From Octopus vulgaris (Eukaryota), in the NCBI GenBank assembly GCA_951406725.2, contig OX597819.1, positions 106,392,001 through 106,456,000 of the forward strand: DNA of 64,000 nt, read 5' to 3'. Made by a program: the position numbers and the translations under genes. Of the stretch, positions 38,760 through 52,371 are shown one piece after another. Positions within the stretch are counted from its first letter, which is position 1; each line of letters begins with the position of its first letter. The notes under the pieces are model-generated. The model saw nothing but the letters and a program-made list of their open reading frames with translations. It was not told the origin of the DNA and made no database searches.

Positions 38760-38960
38760 CGTTCATCAGTCACTGGACTTCACCAGTGGGGTACCACATT
38801 TAAGGATTTTAATCGAGCAAATCGACACCAGTACTTATTCTCAATATTTGAGAGTAATCTATTAGTTTCTTTTGCCTAGCACCGAAACGAAAAGGATGTA
38901 AAAATCCTAACACCGGTTTACAGAGCTGTGAAGTTTGTGGCTGGGTAGACACATAGTCAC
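38760..38960 (-). mobile_element. Old CORE-type SINE 3' fragment
   Basis: TCGAGCAAATCGACACCAGTACTTATT...TTTGCC...AACACCGGTT. Confidence 0.55.
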
Positions 38961-39043
38961 GAACACATACATCTCTATATGTATGTATGTATGTATGTGT
39001 GTGTACAACAACAACAAAAACAACAGCAATAATAATAATAATG

Positions 39044-39104
<61 letters not shown>

Positions 39105-39184
39105 TAATGATGATGATGATCATGATAAGGATAAAAAAAATAACAACAGAGAAAAGATAATAGAGACATACGTCAGAAAAGGTT

Positions 39185-39266
39185 ACATAAAATGAGGAAG
39201 CAACCATACTCTGGGATACGCCAATGCTCACAAATAGATAAATTATGGTTAATAGCCCGGATTATC
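39185..39266 (+). pseudogene. R4/Dong RLE fragment
   Basis: ATILWDTPMLTNR*IMVNSPD resembles ILWD.P..TD..I..NRPD; lies between trinucleotide repeats. Confidence 0.5.
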
Positions 39267-39360
39267 ATTGTAGGCGCTCGGTAGTGCAATGAAAGCACGT
39301 GATACAAATAAGTCTTATACTACTACTAATAATAATAATACCACCACCACCACTACCACC

Positions 39361-39418
<58 letters not shown>

Positions 39419-39959
39419 ATAATAATAATAATAATAATAATAAAGACGATAATAAAGATTATAATGATGATGATGATGATGACGATGATCATGATCATGA
39501 TCATGACGGTGACGATGATTTCATCATTTCAACATCGTAGCTATTGATTGTTCATTGTTAATTTTTGATTTACAATTCTTTGTTGAGGAAAGGTTTAAAG
39601 TTGACAAGTTGACCACTTCAATATCGTATCGTGTGACCATCTATTGACATTTGCTCTTGATATATTTCCTATATTACTGGTCAGATACGCCTTTTGATTA
39701 CAGTTGGCCTGAGGATGGACAAAAGTAAGAGTAAATGTCGAAATATTGGCTTAATGTTGCCCGAGATACACTTTCTCAAGAAAAAGATGCTGTTGTTAAA
39801 TGCGAGACAGTTGATTGGAATTGAATAGAATCCTACTCATCCATGATTGGCTTAGCGTTAAACAAAACTGACAAACCCATCTCCACTAGCATCAGTTCTT
39901 GTTCAGCCTCAGGCTTACTGTAATCAGAAACTTACCTGAATATTATAGGTAATAATAAC

Positions 39960-40345
39960 CTTTCTACACGAAGCACAAAGCCTCAAATTTGGAGTAAGGG
40001 ATTAAGTCAATTAGATCGACTCCAGTGCGTAAATGTTACTTATTTTATCGACCCCGAAAGAATGAAAGGCAAAGTCGACCTCGGCGGAATTTGAACTAAG
40101 AACGTATCGGTAGACGAAATACCTATTTCTTTACTACCCATAAGGGGCTAAACACGGAGAGGGCAAACAAGGACAGACAAACGGATTAAGTCGATTATAA
40201 TCGACCCCAGTGCCTAACTGGTCCTTATTTAATCGACCCCGAAAGGATGAAAGGCAAAGTCGACCTCGGCGGAATTTGAACTCAGAACGTAACGGCAGAC
40301 GAAATACGGCTACGCATTTCGCCCGGCGTGCAAGTGATTCTGCAT
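39960..40345 (-). mobile_element. Dimeric Meta-domain tRNA-derived SINE
   Basis: Two GAAAGGCAAAGTCGACCTCGGCGGAATTTGAAC units with the same internal junction as the 37565 copy. Confidence 0.9.
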
Positions 40346-41084
40346 AATAGATAATAATATCAAGAAAACAAGTCAATACACGGATGTACGATACGACGTT
40401 GGTCACCTTGTCAACTTTAAACCTTATCTCAACAAGGAATTGTAAATCAATTGTAAACTATAACCACAACTAACATCACCATCACCACTACCACCACAAC
40501 CATCAAGAACAACATGAACAAGAACATCAACAAAACAAACAAAACAGAACGTTCAAGCGATTACAGCGAACGTTACTCATAAATCCCTGTACTGTCTTAA
40601 AAGTGAACAGAATACATTGCATCGTGTACAAGACACATTATGTCTAAAAACAAGAGAAAGAAAGGGCAAATTAGAAAGTCTTAGTTGTTAAATTTGCCTG
40701 TACAGGATTTAATTGAGTCAAAACACGAGAGACGTGGTCTTCTAAGCTTTTGTCATACGTTCTTAGCCAAGGGCGAATCAATCCACACGAAAAGGGAAAT
40801 TCTACACTGTTGTCTTAAATACACTACGATTGAACAAAAGAAGAAATGATCGTAATTAGAAACTAGAAAATTAGTGAAAAGCCATGGAGTGTAATTACTT
40901 TGAAGACAAATAAATATCTCAGTATCGCTAAAACGTAACGTAGCAATAGTAATATTACACAAGACACATCGGATATTACGACGACAATTATAGGAATACC
41001 GGAACTGTGTATGTAGATTTAAAAACTACAAACAACCTCAATCACAGCAGCTACAACAACAGCAATAACCGTCATTAAGTGTTT

Positions 41085-41270
41085 TAGATGTTTGGTGCAA
41101 GGCCAGAAATTTGGTTCGTCGATTGCCTACAACTCAACTGGTACGTATTCGATCGACCTCGAAAGATTGAAAAGCAAAGTTAATCCCATTGTGATTTGAA
41201 TTCAGAACATAAAGAGCCAGAAGAAATGAGGCTCTGCAGTTTTCCCCGCGCGCCAAAGGTACTGCTACCT
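41085..41270 (-). mobile_element. Degenerate Meta-domain SINE
   Basis: GATCGACCTCGAAAGATTGAAAAGCAAAGTT...ATTTGAATTCAGAAC. Confidence 0.65.
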
Positions 41271-41314
41271 TTAAACCTAAATAATAATAATAGTAATAAT
41301 AATAATAATAATTA

Positions 41315-41766
41315 CAGCAAATATTCTGCTCAATACCACAGATTTGCTTGTCAGTTGTTTGACTTTAACCAGTTGAGCATGTCCCTTAGTGGCTGACGAT
41401 ATGTGCATCTCTGATCACGAGCAGAAGTAGTGGGGGAGCATCATAGCCATGTGTTGAGAGGGATTCTTTGGGGTTTGAATAATTCACCTCTGGAAACATG
41501 GGTGGTTCTTTCAACATCCTTAAACAACCCTTATTCAGGGACCGTTTGAGCGGGATGGGCTACTCAACCTGAAGAAAATTCTAACTGGGCCCCACCTGCA
41601 AGGTCATGTGCTGTTTATCTTGATATGAGATCACCATGTCGCGCACATATGGTTGTGATGCATGTGCCTGGTGTACCCTTATCAGACGGGTAGTCATGAT
41701 GGGTATATTGGGCTTCGTATATTTTACCCCAGTGTCACTTTGATGGCATGCACTGCTCTCTCACTC

Positions 41767-41822
<56 letters not shown>

Positions 41823-41848
41823 TAATAATAATAATAATAATAATAATG
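41315..41848 (+). mobile_element. Probable 3' UTR of a non-LTR element with (AAT)n tail
   Basis: GC-richer ~450-bp block flanked by (AAT)n on both sides, ending ...CTCTCTCACTC(AAT)n. R4/Dong assignment is inferred from tail and target only. Confidence 0.55.
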
Positions 41849-41851
41849 ATG

Positions 41852-42062
41852 TTTTCTACTCTAGGCACAAGGTCTACAATTTTTGGCGAGGAGGCCAGTC
41901 AATTAGATTGACTCCAGTACGCATCTTGCATTTAATTTATCGACCTCGAGGGATGAAAGGCAGAGTCAGCCTCGGCGGAATTTGAACTCAGAACGTAAAG
42001 ACAGACGAAATACCGCTAAGCATTACGCCCGGCATGCTAACGTTTCTGCCAGAGCGCCATGC
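41852..42062 (-). mobile_element. Meta-domain tRNA-derived SINE
   Basis: GGATGAAAGGCAGAGTCAGCCTCGGCGGAATTTGAACTCAGAACG...GCTAACGTTTCTGCCAG. Confidence 0.88.
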
Positions 42063-42064
42063 TA

Positions 42065-42660
42065 TCTGGTATTTTCAAGTATTTAATTCTTGATTACTCT
42101 GGCCTTTAGGACTTGCTCTGTCCACTTCAGAATTCCAGCGTCATACCGAACTACGAGAGAGTTCATTGCCGAAAGTATGTTTCTGGCATTCAGGTTTGAA
42201 GCCAATGCTTTTCTCTCTCACCGTAGGCACGCTTTCTTTATCTTTTCTTTCATATCGTTGTGTTTAATTCTATTTGCTTCAAGTGTTCCCAGATATTTAT
42301 AACTGAAATGAGGTTGAATTGCCTTCATCATTTCACCACTTGGTATCGATGAGTTTTCTATCCTGACAAACTGTCCTCATCTCATCACCTTCGTCAAACT
42401 CCATCTTAATATCATTTGAGAAGGTTAGCACTGTCTGGACTAGGCTGTGCAGTCCAGCCTCATTTTTCTGAACAACTTCAAGTCGTGCATGAATAGCAAG
42501 TGGTTCAGTTTTCCCTTAATTGTTCCAAGATCACACCCCAAATTTGTCTTCGGTAGTATTCCACTCAAGGGGATCATTCCCAGCACAAAAATTAGTGGGG
42601 ACACACTGTACCCCTCGAAGACTTTTTTTGCTTCTATATCTTTTTTTTTGCGTTTATATC
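42065..42660 (-). pseudogene. R4/Dong-type reverse transcriptase fragment
   Basis: Minus strand VFEGYSVSPLIFVLGMIPLSGIL, KLNHLLFMHDLKLF (FMDD decayed) and SYKYLG. Confidence 0.85.
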
Positions 42661-42799
42661 TTCGGGAGGAGTTGCCTGAATCCTATAAATATTAACCAGA
42701 ATGAAACAGACTGACACGTTTATTTTTTGAACCTGTGGAAGACACACGAGATATCGAAATATCGTTCACTTGATGACAATGGCACTTCTTTTTTTGCTA

Positions 42800-42941
<142 letters not shown>

Positions 42942-43259
42942 GCTTGGAAACGGTTTGTTTCGGGTCCATTCTCCGTGAAGATTCATAGGCTCATCAGAGG
43001 AAGATCACTCATCTCATGTAGCTTTTTCATACATCTACATATACGCTGGTGATCGAGCATTCTCGTAAATATACGACTGAGAGTACGTTAAAAAAAAACT
43101 AATTACTTGCCGAACATTTGTCAAAAACTTTTAAATAATTTAAATTGACAATTATTTGCTATTAATTTCCCGCAAAAATATTCCGCTTAAAGAAGTTTTG
43201 AGATGGGTTAGATAATTGTGAATTAGTAATGATGATGACGACGACGCCGACGATATCGA

Positions 43260-43306
<47 letters not shown>

Positions 43307-43324
43307 AGGCTGCTGCTGCTGCAG

Positions 43325-43367
<43 letters not shown>

Positions 43368-43486
43368 CGCTACTATTACTGCTGCTGCTGCAACTGCTGC
43401 TACTACTTTTTATGTGATGATGATAATAGTAATAATAATAATAATAACAGCAACAATATTAATGATAATAACAATATTAATAATAA

Positions 43487-45598
43487 TACTGACCTACAAA
43501 TTCTAACCTAAGCTTCTTCTGACCTAAGCTTCAGACCTGCTTTAGGGTATTTTGGGGTGTCACTAAGTTTAAAAATGTAAATAAAGTTTTTTCTATCACG
43601 TCTAGTTTTATTCTTTGGGCTGGCCTATATTGCCCCCCCCCCCGTAGCTCCATGTTTGAAATGTTTTACTTCTCCTGACTCTTTGAACGTTAGTGACGTT
43701 GTGCAAATATCCTACTTGGCCTACTTAAAGTTTAAAGTTGGTTATCCGGATAAATCGTGGGCCCGCACAATGTATACAAACCCTATGTCGAAAATCTACG
43801 CCAATGGACAAAGGGCACAAGGAAACAACTAACATTTGGCATTCCTATTATAGGGTGGGAGCCAAAGAAGAATGTAAACGACTGCTACTTTTGCTTCACA
43901 AAGTCTTCCTGTTATAGCATGAGAACGTGACAGAAAATAAGTTACCCAAATCTGGTTTCAGCAATTCATCCAGTGCTTCAGTCAGATGAAATACCTATAC
44001 TCGTTTGCAAGGCTCTACCTTCACTGCAAGGTGAAAGTGATATATGTGAAGTAGATATAAAACATGAACATGGCAGTGATACTGACTTTGTACAAACATC
44101 AACCAAATAACGTGAAAACTTCAACCAGGCATAATTTAATAATTAGTTAGAGACCTAGGACTGCCAAAAGAGTTATCAGAACTGTTAGCTTCTAGGCTTA
44201 AATAGAAGAATTTGTTGCAGAAACAGACATGACTTTTTATCAGAACGAAGAAAAAGATCCCTTGGCATTCTTTAGAATTGGAAAATATTTTGCTTACTGT
44301 TGTGATGTGGCGGGACTGTTAAACATGGTGGGTGTTGAACAGTATGATTTTTGTGAATGGCGACTCTTTATAGATAGTTCAAAAAAGAGTCTTTATTGCT
44401 CTATAATGGAAACGTATTTGGTGTACTTTCTATTGGTCACTCTGTGCACTTAAAATAGAATTATAATAACATAAAATTTGTATTAGATTTACTTAAGTAT
44501 AGTGAACACAAATGGGTCAAATCTGCGGATCTAAAAATGGTCAACTTTGTACTTGTCCAACAAGGAGGGTATACAAAATATTCGTGTTTCCTGTGTTTAT
44601 GGGGTAGCCAAGCAAGTGACAAAAATTGGGAACAGAAACTCTGGACAGTTACAAAATTTTGACTGTTGGGGAGAAAAATATCATATACCAACCACTTGCT
44701 GAGCGAGACAAAATCATCTTTTCACCTCCTCGTATTAAACTAGGAATAATGAAGTAATTTGTCAAAGCGCTTATGTGGAAAGTAACTGTTTCAAATTCAT
44801 GTGTACAACATTTCCTGGCCTAATTTATGATAAAATAACGGCTAGTGTGTTTGATAGGCCACAAATCAGACAGTTAACGAAATGCCAGTATTTCTCATGC
44901 TTGATGGCTGACATAGTAAAAAAGAACACGGGATTCATTTGTAACTGTTGTAAAATAATTTTGGCGGGATGAAAGTCTACGCACTACAAGGATTTGGTGG
45001 TGACATTATTTGATAGCTTTCATCTTTTAGGCTACGACATGAGTATAAATCTTCATTTCTTCAATAGCCATCTTGATAAATTACGTGCTAATTTCAGAGG
45101 CGTCAGCGAGCGATGAGCATGGTGAGCGGTTTCATCAAACAATCGAGATTATGGAGGAGAGATATCAAGGCCAATGGAATACACACATGTCGACAGACTG
45201 CTGTTAAAGTATTCAAAGTGATTGCATAGACATGAAATACTCCACATGCTCTCGCAATCGAAAATGAGTTCCATTAATATGAAGATATATATATATATAT
45301 ATGATGGTTTGTGCTTTATCAATCATATTTAGAAAATTTACAGTGTGTATTTAGTAAAAGGTGATGCTATCTTAAATTTCATATTCTATTGACATTAATA
45401 TCTTATGGTTTTAAGCTATAAGACTTAGTAAACTATCCTGACCATTTAAATTTACAGCATGTTATGAAATAGGTATATGTTATAGAATGAAAACTTGATG
45501 TGTTACGAAACAAATGGATGCCATATTTGAATCAGCATCTCAAAATTAGCTAAAAGCAATCACAAAACCGAAGTCAGTAAAATGTGTGCTGACCAGTG
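43487..45598 (+). mobile_element. Decayed ~2.1-kb DNA transposon (Tc1/mariner-associated m44-like group)
   Basis: WAPH/C..C, DCYFC, LVRDLGLPKELSELLASRL, EWRLFIDSSK, DLKMV, GGYTKYSCFLCLW, PPRIKLG, HFFNSHLD and DEHGERFHQ..MEERYQGQW; right end CAGTG followed by TA. Family name is from memory. Confidence 0.8.
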
Positions 45599-45604
45599 TA
45601 ATAA

Positions 45605-45815
45605 TTTCGAATTTTGGCGGAAGACCAGTACTGTTCGGACAATAGGATAAGTCGATTCATCGATCCCAGTTCGTAACTGGTACTTATTTTATCGATCCCT
45701 AAAGGATGAAACTCAGAGTCGAGATCGGCGAAATTTGAACTCAGAACGTAAAAACAGAAGAAATACCGCTAAGCACTTTGCCCGGCGTGCTGACGATTCT
45801 ACCAGCTCACCACCC
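45605..45815 (-). mobile_element. Meta-domain tRNA-derived SINE
   Basis: AACTGGTACTTATTTTATCGATCCCTAAAGGATGAA...AAATTTGAACTCAGAACG...CCAGCTCACCACC. Confidence 0.88.
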
Positions 45816-46059
45816 TTAATAATAGTAATAACGATATGGGAATTCGTCATCAAATCATAAAATGACTTTGGCAAAAAATCCTTATTCATTAACGAAAAAT
45901 GCTTATTAGTATTCAAATGCCTAGATTTTTAGGGGAATATTCATTTCAAGCATGATATATTTTGAAGCATCTTGATATAAATGGTACAGAAATGTAACAA
46001 TTAATAGCCGTTAATGATATATAATACAAAAGAAAATTGATTAGAGGTAGTAGTCGATG

Positions 46060-46900
46060 AATCTACATCCAGCGTAGCTCGTTGTTTCCTGCTTCAAACT
46101 TCTTCGATACTGGGCACCGGAATTGTTGATGCCAACCAGCCGGAAGAGCCTGTCCAGATTGGCAGCAGTATATTTTGTACTGAAATATTCATGGCTTGGT
46201 TCATTTTTGCAAAAAATAGTGCTCACACAGATATATACCCTCAAAGAATGATGCTGTCTGAATAGTATGGCTAACTAATTTACGATTCTTCTAGTTGGAT
46301 GAATATATTTTCTACGAAAGTCAAGCTCTGATGCATATTCAGAATGAAATTTCGATCTCAATATGTCTCAATCAATTCTGTTTGATAATGATTCGCTGCA
46401 GTGTCCACTCGAACATCAAACGGAGTAGGAAACAGTTTGATTTCATTTGCATTCAAGCGTAAATCACCAAGATGAGATGAAAAACGTTTTGTTAATTCTT
46501 AGAACGTATTCATAAAAATGCCTGTATCCTCTGTTTCTCTAATGTAAGAAGCGAGGGAAGATTATGCAGTTCTACTTTAGAAGCTGGTATTCCAATCATG
46601 GCTGCTTTCTCTCAAATTTCGCAACATCTCCATACATATTTGTTATCATACGCTTTTTGCTCTAATGTTGTAAATTGTAATTCTTTAAACGAGATCTGTT
46701 GTGCACAAGAAATACTTGGCTGCAAGCCAATCAATAGTAAAAATATGAAGCATGTACATTTTCGTTTGCAAAGAATATTGCTAATACTTCATACAATGCA
46801 AATATTATTTGTATCATTGGGCGACCCTTTTGCCAGTAAATATGCTAGAATGAGCAAGATCTCAATTTCCTGCAACTATATCGGAAAAAACAAATGCTGA
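46060..46900 (-). pseudogene. Very decayed hAT transposase C-terminal remnant
   Basis: Minus strand FEGIYLCEHYF..KM near 46200-46247 resembles the hAT dimerisation motif FGSTYLCE..FS.M. Boundaries approximate. Confidence 0.4.
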
Positions 46901-47599
46901 AACCCTCAACTATTTAATATGACATTACCTCGTATGACATTTCTTTATAACAAGATTTATCAGTTTGTTTATGATTTCAAGGACTTTACTATTAAATGCC
47001 TCTTGAAGTAAAATTCAAAAGATGTTAATGTGTTTCAGTTCAGTTTTGATACTGCCAATTATTTGTTTTTGCAGCAATGCTATGATGCATTTTTTTTTCG
47101 GTTACAGAATAGCTGGGCCCAACGATAACATTTGGCTTCTGAATATCAACTAATGTTTTTCACATTTAACACAAAGCTTAAGAAATATCAGCTCCAGTTA
47201 TCATAGTCTTCAGCATTATGAAAGTTTAAGTTCATTCACTGTGAAAATACTGCTAGGTGCGTTTTCACTTTCATGTCTATGCGCTCACCACAAATAAAAT
47301 GAAAGAACACGTTGCAGTTATTGCACGCATTCTTTGCTATTCAATAACTATTGTGAATATCTTTTTCGTGAGTTATTTTGTTTTTTAAGACAAAAATATA
47401 TATCAAATCACGTCTGTAACCAGATACCCGCCGCGGATAATCATGTAAACCAGTGCAATCTGAGCATAATTAAGTCATCGGTTACCAAATCAGCAATCCC
47501 ACCAAAATTGAGGTAAGCGATTTTTGAGAAGCAAAACCTGTCAAAGAGTGTAATAACTCAAGACAGCCGACAGTTCTTCGAAAGATTGTATTATATATA

Positions 47600-48000
47600 T
47601 TGTGGTTGTCTACTCCTTATGCAGATATAGACTACTTCATGTACCTACACCTTAGAACCATCATGGCATCTGATGTGGCTTTTTAAACCAGACGATGTTT
47701 TGAAAAGATACCTACATCGATTGCACATCCGATTTGGACCACCAAGGCCTGTAGTTAAGTTCTGATTTTTTTATGGGTCTTAAAATGTCTTTTGAGGCCT
47801 CCGTTAGATTTACAGATCGTCTGGCATATATTGCATTGAAAGGTGTGCACGGAAATATAGGCGGAATAGTTTGTAGAAGTTCGTTTTCCATGAGTTCGCA
47901 AATGAGATCTGAGCCCAGCAAAAAAGGCATGGTCTGTCACAAACTGTGCACACAAAAAGTTTATTGTGATTCACCTTCTCGATCGTAAAATTATTCTTTA
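47600..48000 (-). pseudogene. RTE-type LINE 3' end with three C2H2 zinc fingers
   Basis: FVCTVCDRPC/FAGLRSHLRTH, FQCNICQTICKSNGGLKRHFKTH and MCNRCRYLFKTSSGLKSHIRCH, with frameshifts between them; ends in a TA-rich tail. Confidence 0.65.
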
Positions 48001-48127
48001 AATCTCTCTTGTTCGTGTATATATTGATATAGGATGTTACCCTGACATGAAACAGGTTCTACTTGTAGTGTCTGACCACTTTGTCCGTTCTGTTCACTTT
48101 GTTTGTTTGCTTGTTTGTTTATTTCTT

Positions 48128-48167
<40 letters not shown>

Positions 48168-49562
48168 TTTGTGTTTACCTTTCTCTTTATCCAATTGCTT
48201 ACTTGACTTACTCGTTCTTTAGAGATGATTACACATAACCAAATTGTTTTAATACACAAAAAATAAAGCTGTGTTTTATGCCCTGCACCGACAATATCAA
48301 CTCCTACGTTTCTTCATTCATGACGGAGTAAAACTCCGAAGTGGATCTTTACTTTCAACTACTAATTAAGAATTGTAAATATAAATACCGTGCATCCTAA
48401 TCGCATAATTTTATCACCTCTTCACTACACATCAGCATATATTGCGCTACAAAGTTGACTCGACAGTAACTACGGATTTAATAATTCTTTTAAGTCACGT
48501 ATTTACTTTTTATAGGATGCAATTAATGTGGCTCCACTTTTCGGTAGCAAAGGTTACTTTCTCTTCGTTTCTTGGTAATTACTTCAAGCAAGGTGACATA
48601 CATTATATGCATATTCCGAATGTTTTTCTCACACAAAATTTGCCATCGTAATTGCAAAAATCGATATTGATTTCATCGGTAAGAAAATGGGATATGTATG
48701 CATACGACTTTTGTGAATTTGCTCTATTTTTTGACTTAGCACTACGAATGCTTAAGTTAATATCTCTAGCATTTTCGCCTCAACCCATATTTTTTCTTCC
48801 GTATATGCTGTATGTTAGTGTTAGATTTGCTAGTGTTTGTTTTCATTTAAATAAATGAATACTGGAAAATAGACAGAAAAATTAGTATCGGTACCTATAT
48901 AGTGGACACTAAACCGTTGAAGACTATTTTAACGAGGTCGCTTTGAAAATGCTAAAACAAATGTAGAAAAAAGAATTAAATATTTCCTTTACTTGTTGCA
49001 TTGCATCTTGGATATTTAAGAAATCGATGGATTAATACGCTCTATGAAAATCTGTTGTGCATAAATACATTAACATTTTATTAGAATTCTCAGGATCCAT
49101 TCATTAATTATTCAATATTTCTTTCTAGTTTTCAGTGCATGTTTCGGTTAATGATGTCATGAGATAATGTGGTTAAAGTAATGAGTTATCCCAGTGATTG
49201 TACATATTAGAAAAGGAAGCATTATTTAGACATTAGCAATCGTTTTGTATATGAAAATGGGAAACTTATTAATGAAAAGACGGTGATTGTGATAAATTTA
49301 AATTTAGGAAATTATCCATTCTAATTCATTCAGTTACGTAAGTAATATGAATTTCAATAAGATTTCAGATTATACTGTTATTGCAGATCATATTAAAATG
49401 TTAATTCTTCCTTTGATTTCCCCCGTGGAGAGGATCAAGTGGTATGATTCTGATGTTTTATGCGTATTCGACCATTCTTAAGATAGTAAGTCCTCATTCA
49501 TTATCCCGTCAACTAAAAAGAAATTGCTATTTAACCAAACATTAACCATTATTTTAAAAAAA

Positions 49563-49792
49563 TTATTTTATTGTTTTACTTGTTTCAGTCAATTGACTGC
49601 GTCCATGCCGGAGCACCACCTTAAAGAGTTTTAGTCGAACAAATCGACCCCAGGATATATTCTTTGTAAATCTAGTACTTATTCCATCAGATACTTTTTG
49701 CCGAACCGCTAGGTAACGGGGAGGTAAACACTCCAACATCAATGTCAAGCGATGGTGGGAAGGATAGACTCTATGACACACATACATAAACA

Positions 49793-49830
<38 letters not shown>

Positions 49831-49985
49831 TATATATATGACGTGTTTCAGTTTCCACCAACCAAATCCATTTTGGTCGGCCTGAGGCCATAGTTGATGA
49901 CACTTGTCCAAGTTGCCACGCAGTGGGATTGAACCCGGAACAATGTGTTGGAAAGCAAGCTTCTTACTACACAACCACGATTCCG
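49563..49985 (-). mobile_element. Near full-length CORE-type SINE with internal (CA)n/(TA)n
   Basis: Colinear with the 57187-57565 copy. Confidence 0.9.
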
Positions 49986-50479
49986 CCGATATACAGTTGA
50001 AATGAGTAGAGAAATGTTTTTATTGTACATTTTACATATAAGATAGTGAGGTGTACATACTCTCTGAACACTAACCAGTCAAATATGAACCACGTCAGGA
50101 TCATCGTAATTTTAATGCGAGTATAACAACTATGTAGGTGTAATATTTTCTGGTAGATGATGTTTTTGCATAAGAATATTATTAATTATGTAATTAAATC
50201 TTGTCATATTTTTCCTCAAAACAATGAATTATGCATGAAAATAAATTTTACTCAACGAAGGATGCCAATTGTTAATGAAAATACTGGATTCATTTGTAAT
50301 ATCTTTCAGACATGGTATGTTTCAAATCTACTGTGTAAATATGAAAATATATTCGAAAAATATAAAATATGAAAACAATAATATCTAATTTGAATGCAAT
50401 CAAAGGAAGATTTAATCCAATACATTTTGCTTTTTACTATTTTAAACTGCCTCAATACTAAAACTTCAATAATAATTGC

Positions 50480-51400
50480 AAGATATTATGCAGTCAAGAA
50501 TCATCTACTATAGTTCTGAAATGTTTCTTGGTGCGCTTTACTTTCGAAAATAATTGCTCACACAAATAAAAGATGTTAACTACTGATGTCATTTCTTTTA
50601 GCATGGATAATGAACATAGGATATTTCTCACATGAATGAATATATTTTCTATTGAAGGCAAGAAATGATGCACTTTCAAACTGTAATTTTGATATCAAGA
50701 TCTCATCGACTGTACCTCAATAAATTCAATTTGATAATATTCCAGCGTAATATGAACTTCCACGTCAAATGGAGCTGCAAACACTTTGAAAGCATTTGTA
50801 TGCATATATATTGGAAGAATGAAGTTAAAATATCTTTCTTAATTTTTCGTCAGTATTTAAGATACCCAAATCTTTCACAGTTTTCTAGATGAGCATCTAA
50901 GCATTTCACATTCAAAGAATTTAATAGATAACTGCGTTGTGAGATTCAATTCTAATATTTGTTTGGTGATGTTTGAATGTGTGTCGAGCATGAAACTATG
51001 TTTAAATTGTTATATTGGCAGTTGAATTCCTTGTGACGAATTTTATTTGGATTCTTCATTCGTCAAGCGGTTAGATATCGTGACGTGTTTCTATCTCAGT
51101 CGGGAAAGATTTCGGATAAACCTTACACCATTTATTATCTTTCATGAGAACAGCTTGTCAGTTAGGTAGTCCACATGGACAATGAACTGTAGTTCCTTTA
51201 TAAATCAAGACTGAAAACTTAATCTTGTATTTCAGTTTCATGTATCTTTTACTCGAACTTAAATAATACGCCACCAGTACCCTTCTACACAAAGTAACCT
51301 CTCTTTAGTATCAATAATTTAACTTCCTGTTTTCAAGTTATTGGTCAGAGTCGAATAACCTCACATTTTTCAAGAAAACATGCACTCTTATACAAAGTTT
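50480..51400 (-). pseudogene. hAT (Charlie/SPIN-like) transposase remnant
   Basis: TSVVNIFYLCEQLFSKVKRTK..FRT dimerisation motif (ORF 50494-50679); a decayed EVRWLSRG-like segment near 51270-51302. Confidence 0.7.
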
Positions 51401-51429
51401 TAGGTATCTTAGTTGAAAACTAATATCTA

Positions 51430-51633
51430 CCTGGAGAAGGGCATCATGTTCGGAATGTTCAGTGGCAAGAGAAGAAGAAGCAGACCAAGAACCCGCTGGC
51501 TTGACACCATCAAGAGTGACACCGGAATGGACATAGCCAATCTGAAAGAAGCGGTCCAGGATAGAATTGACTGGAGGACACTGATCCAACGAGTAACCGA
51601 GAGTCGACTTCGACTGAGCGGATAGATAGATAG
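51430..51633 (+). mobile_element. RTE/BovB-like LINE 3' end
   Basis: LEKGIMFG...GKRRRSRPRTRWLD.IK...LKEAVQDR..WR.LI.RVTESR.RL*, then a (GATA)3 tail. Confidence 0.9.
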
Positions 51634-51661
51634 ACCTTTTGGAACATATTTGTTAATTATA

Positions 51662-51751
<90 letters not shown>

Positions 51752-52371
51752 CGAACATGTATGCGTTAGTGTGTGTGTGTGTGTGTGTATGCATGTGTGT
51801 CTGTGTGCATATATACATGAACATGCAAACTTTTTGTAACATTCTGCAAGATAAATATATTACAAATTTACAGATATTCTTGCACCAAATTCTATTATGT
51901 TTGTTTTATCCACCTAATGCACACACATAAACACATATACAGACAATGTATATACAATGCATATATGTCTTTGGCTATAAGTCTTTATCCGAGTCCGTCT
52001 TAAGTTTGGCACTGTTTAAATAGATGTTATTTTTTTGTCTCCTGATCTAGCGGTTTCGCAAACAATTTTGATTGATAAAATATTAGAGGTGAATATAATA
52101 CTCACTATGACATTGAAGAGGCTGATTCATGATAACAGATGTGAAAATACTGTTCAATTTTGTAGTTGTATATAAAAGAAATCAATGTGGTAATGGTTCC
52201 CTTGAAAATTAATATCTTCTGAATAAATTAATTTCTTGAACTTTTCATTGAAGTTTTCATAAATAATCAATTTCTTATGAGTTTTGTTGCTTATTATCTT
52301 TTTCGTTTTATTTTGAATGGTAATAGGACATATATTGAGTATTCATGTGAGAAAAAGAAAGATATTCAAAA

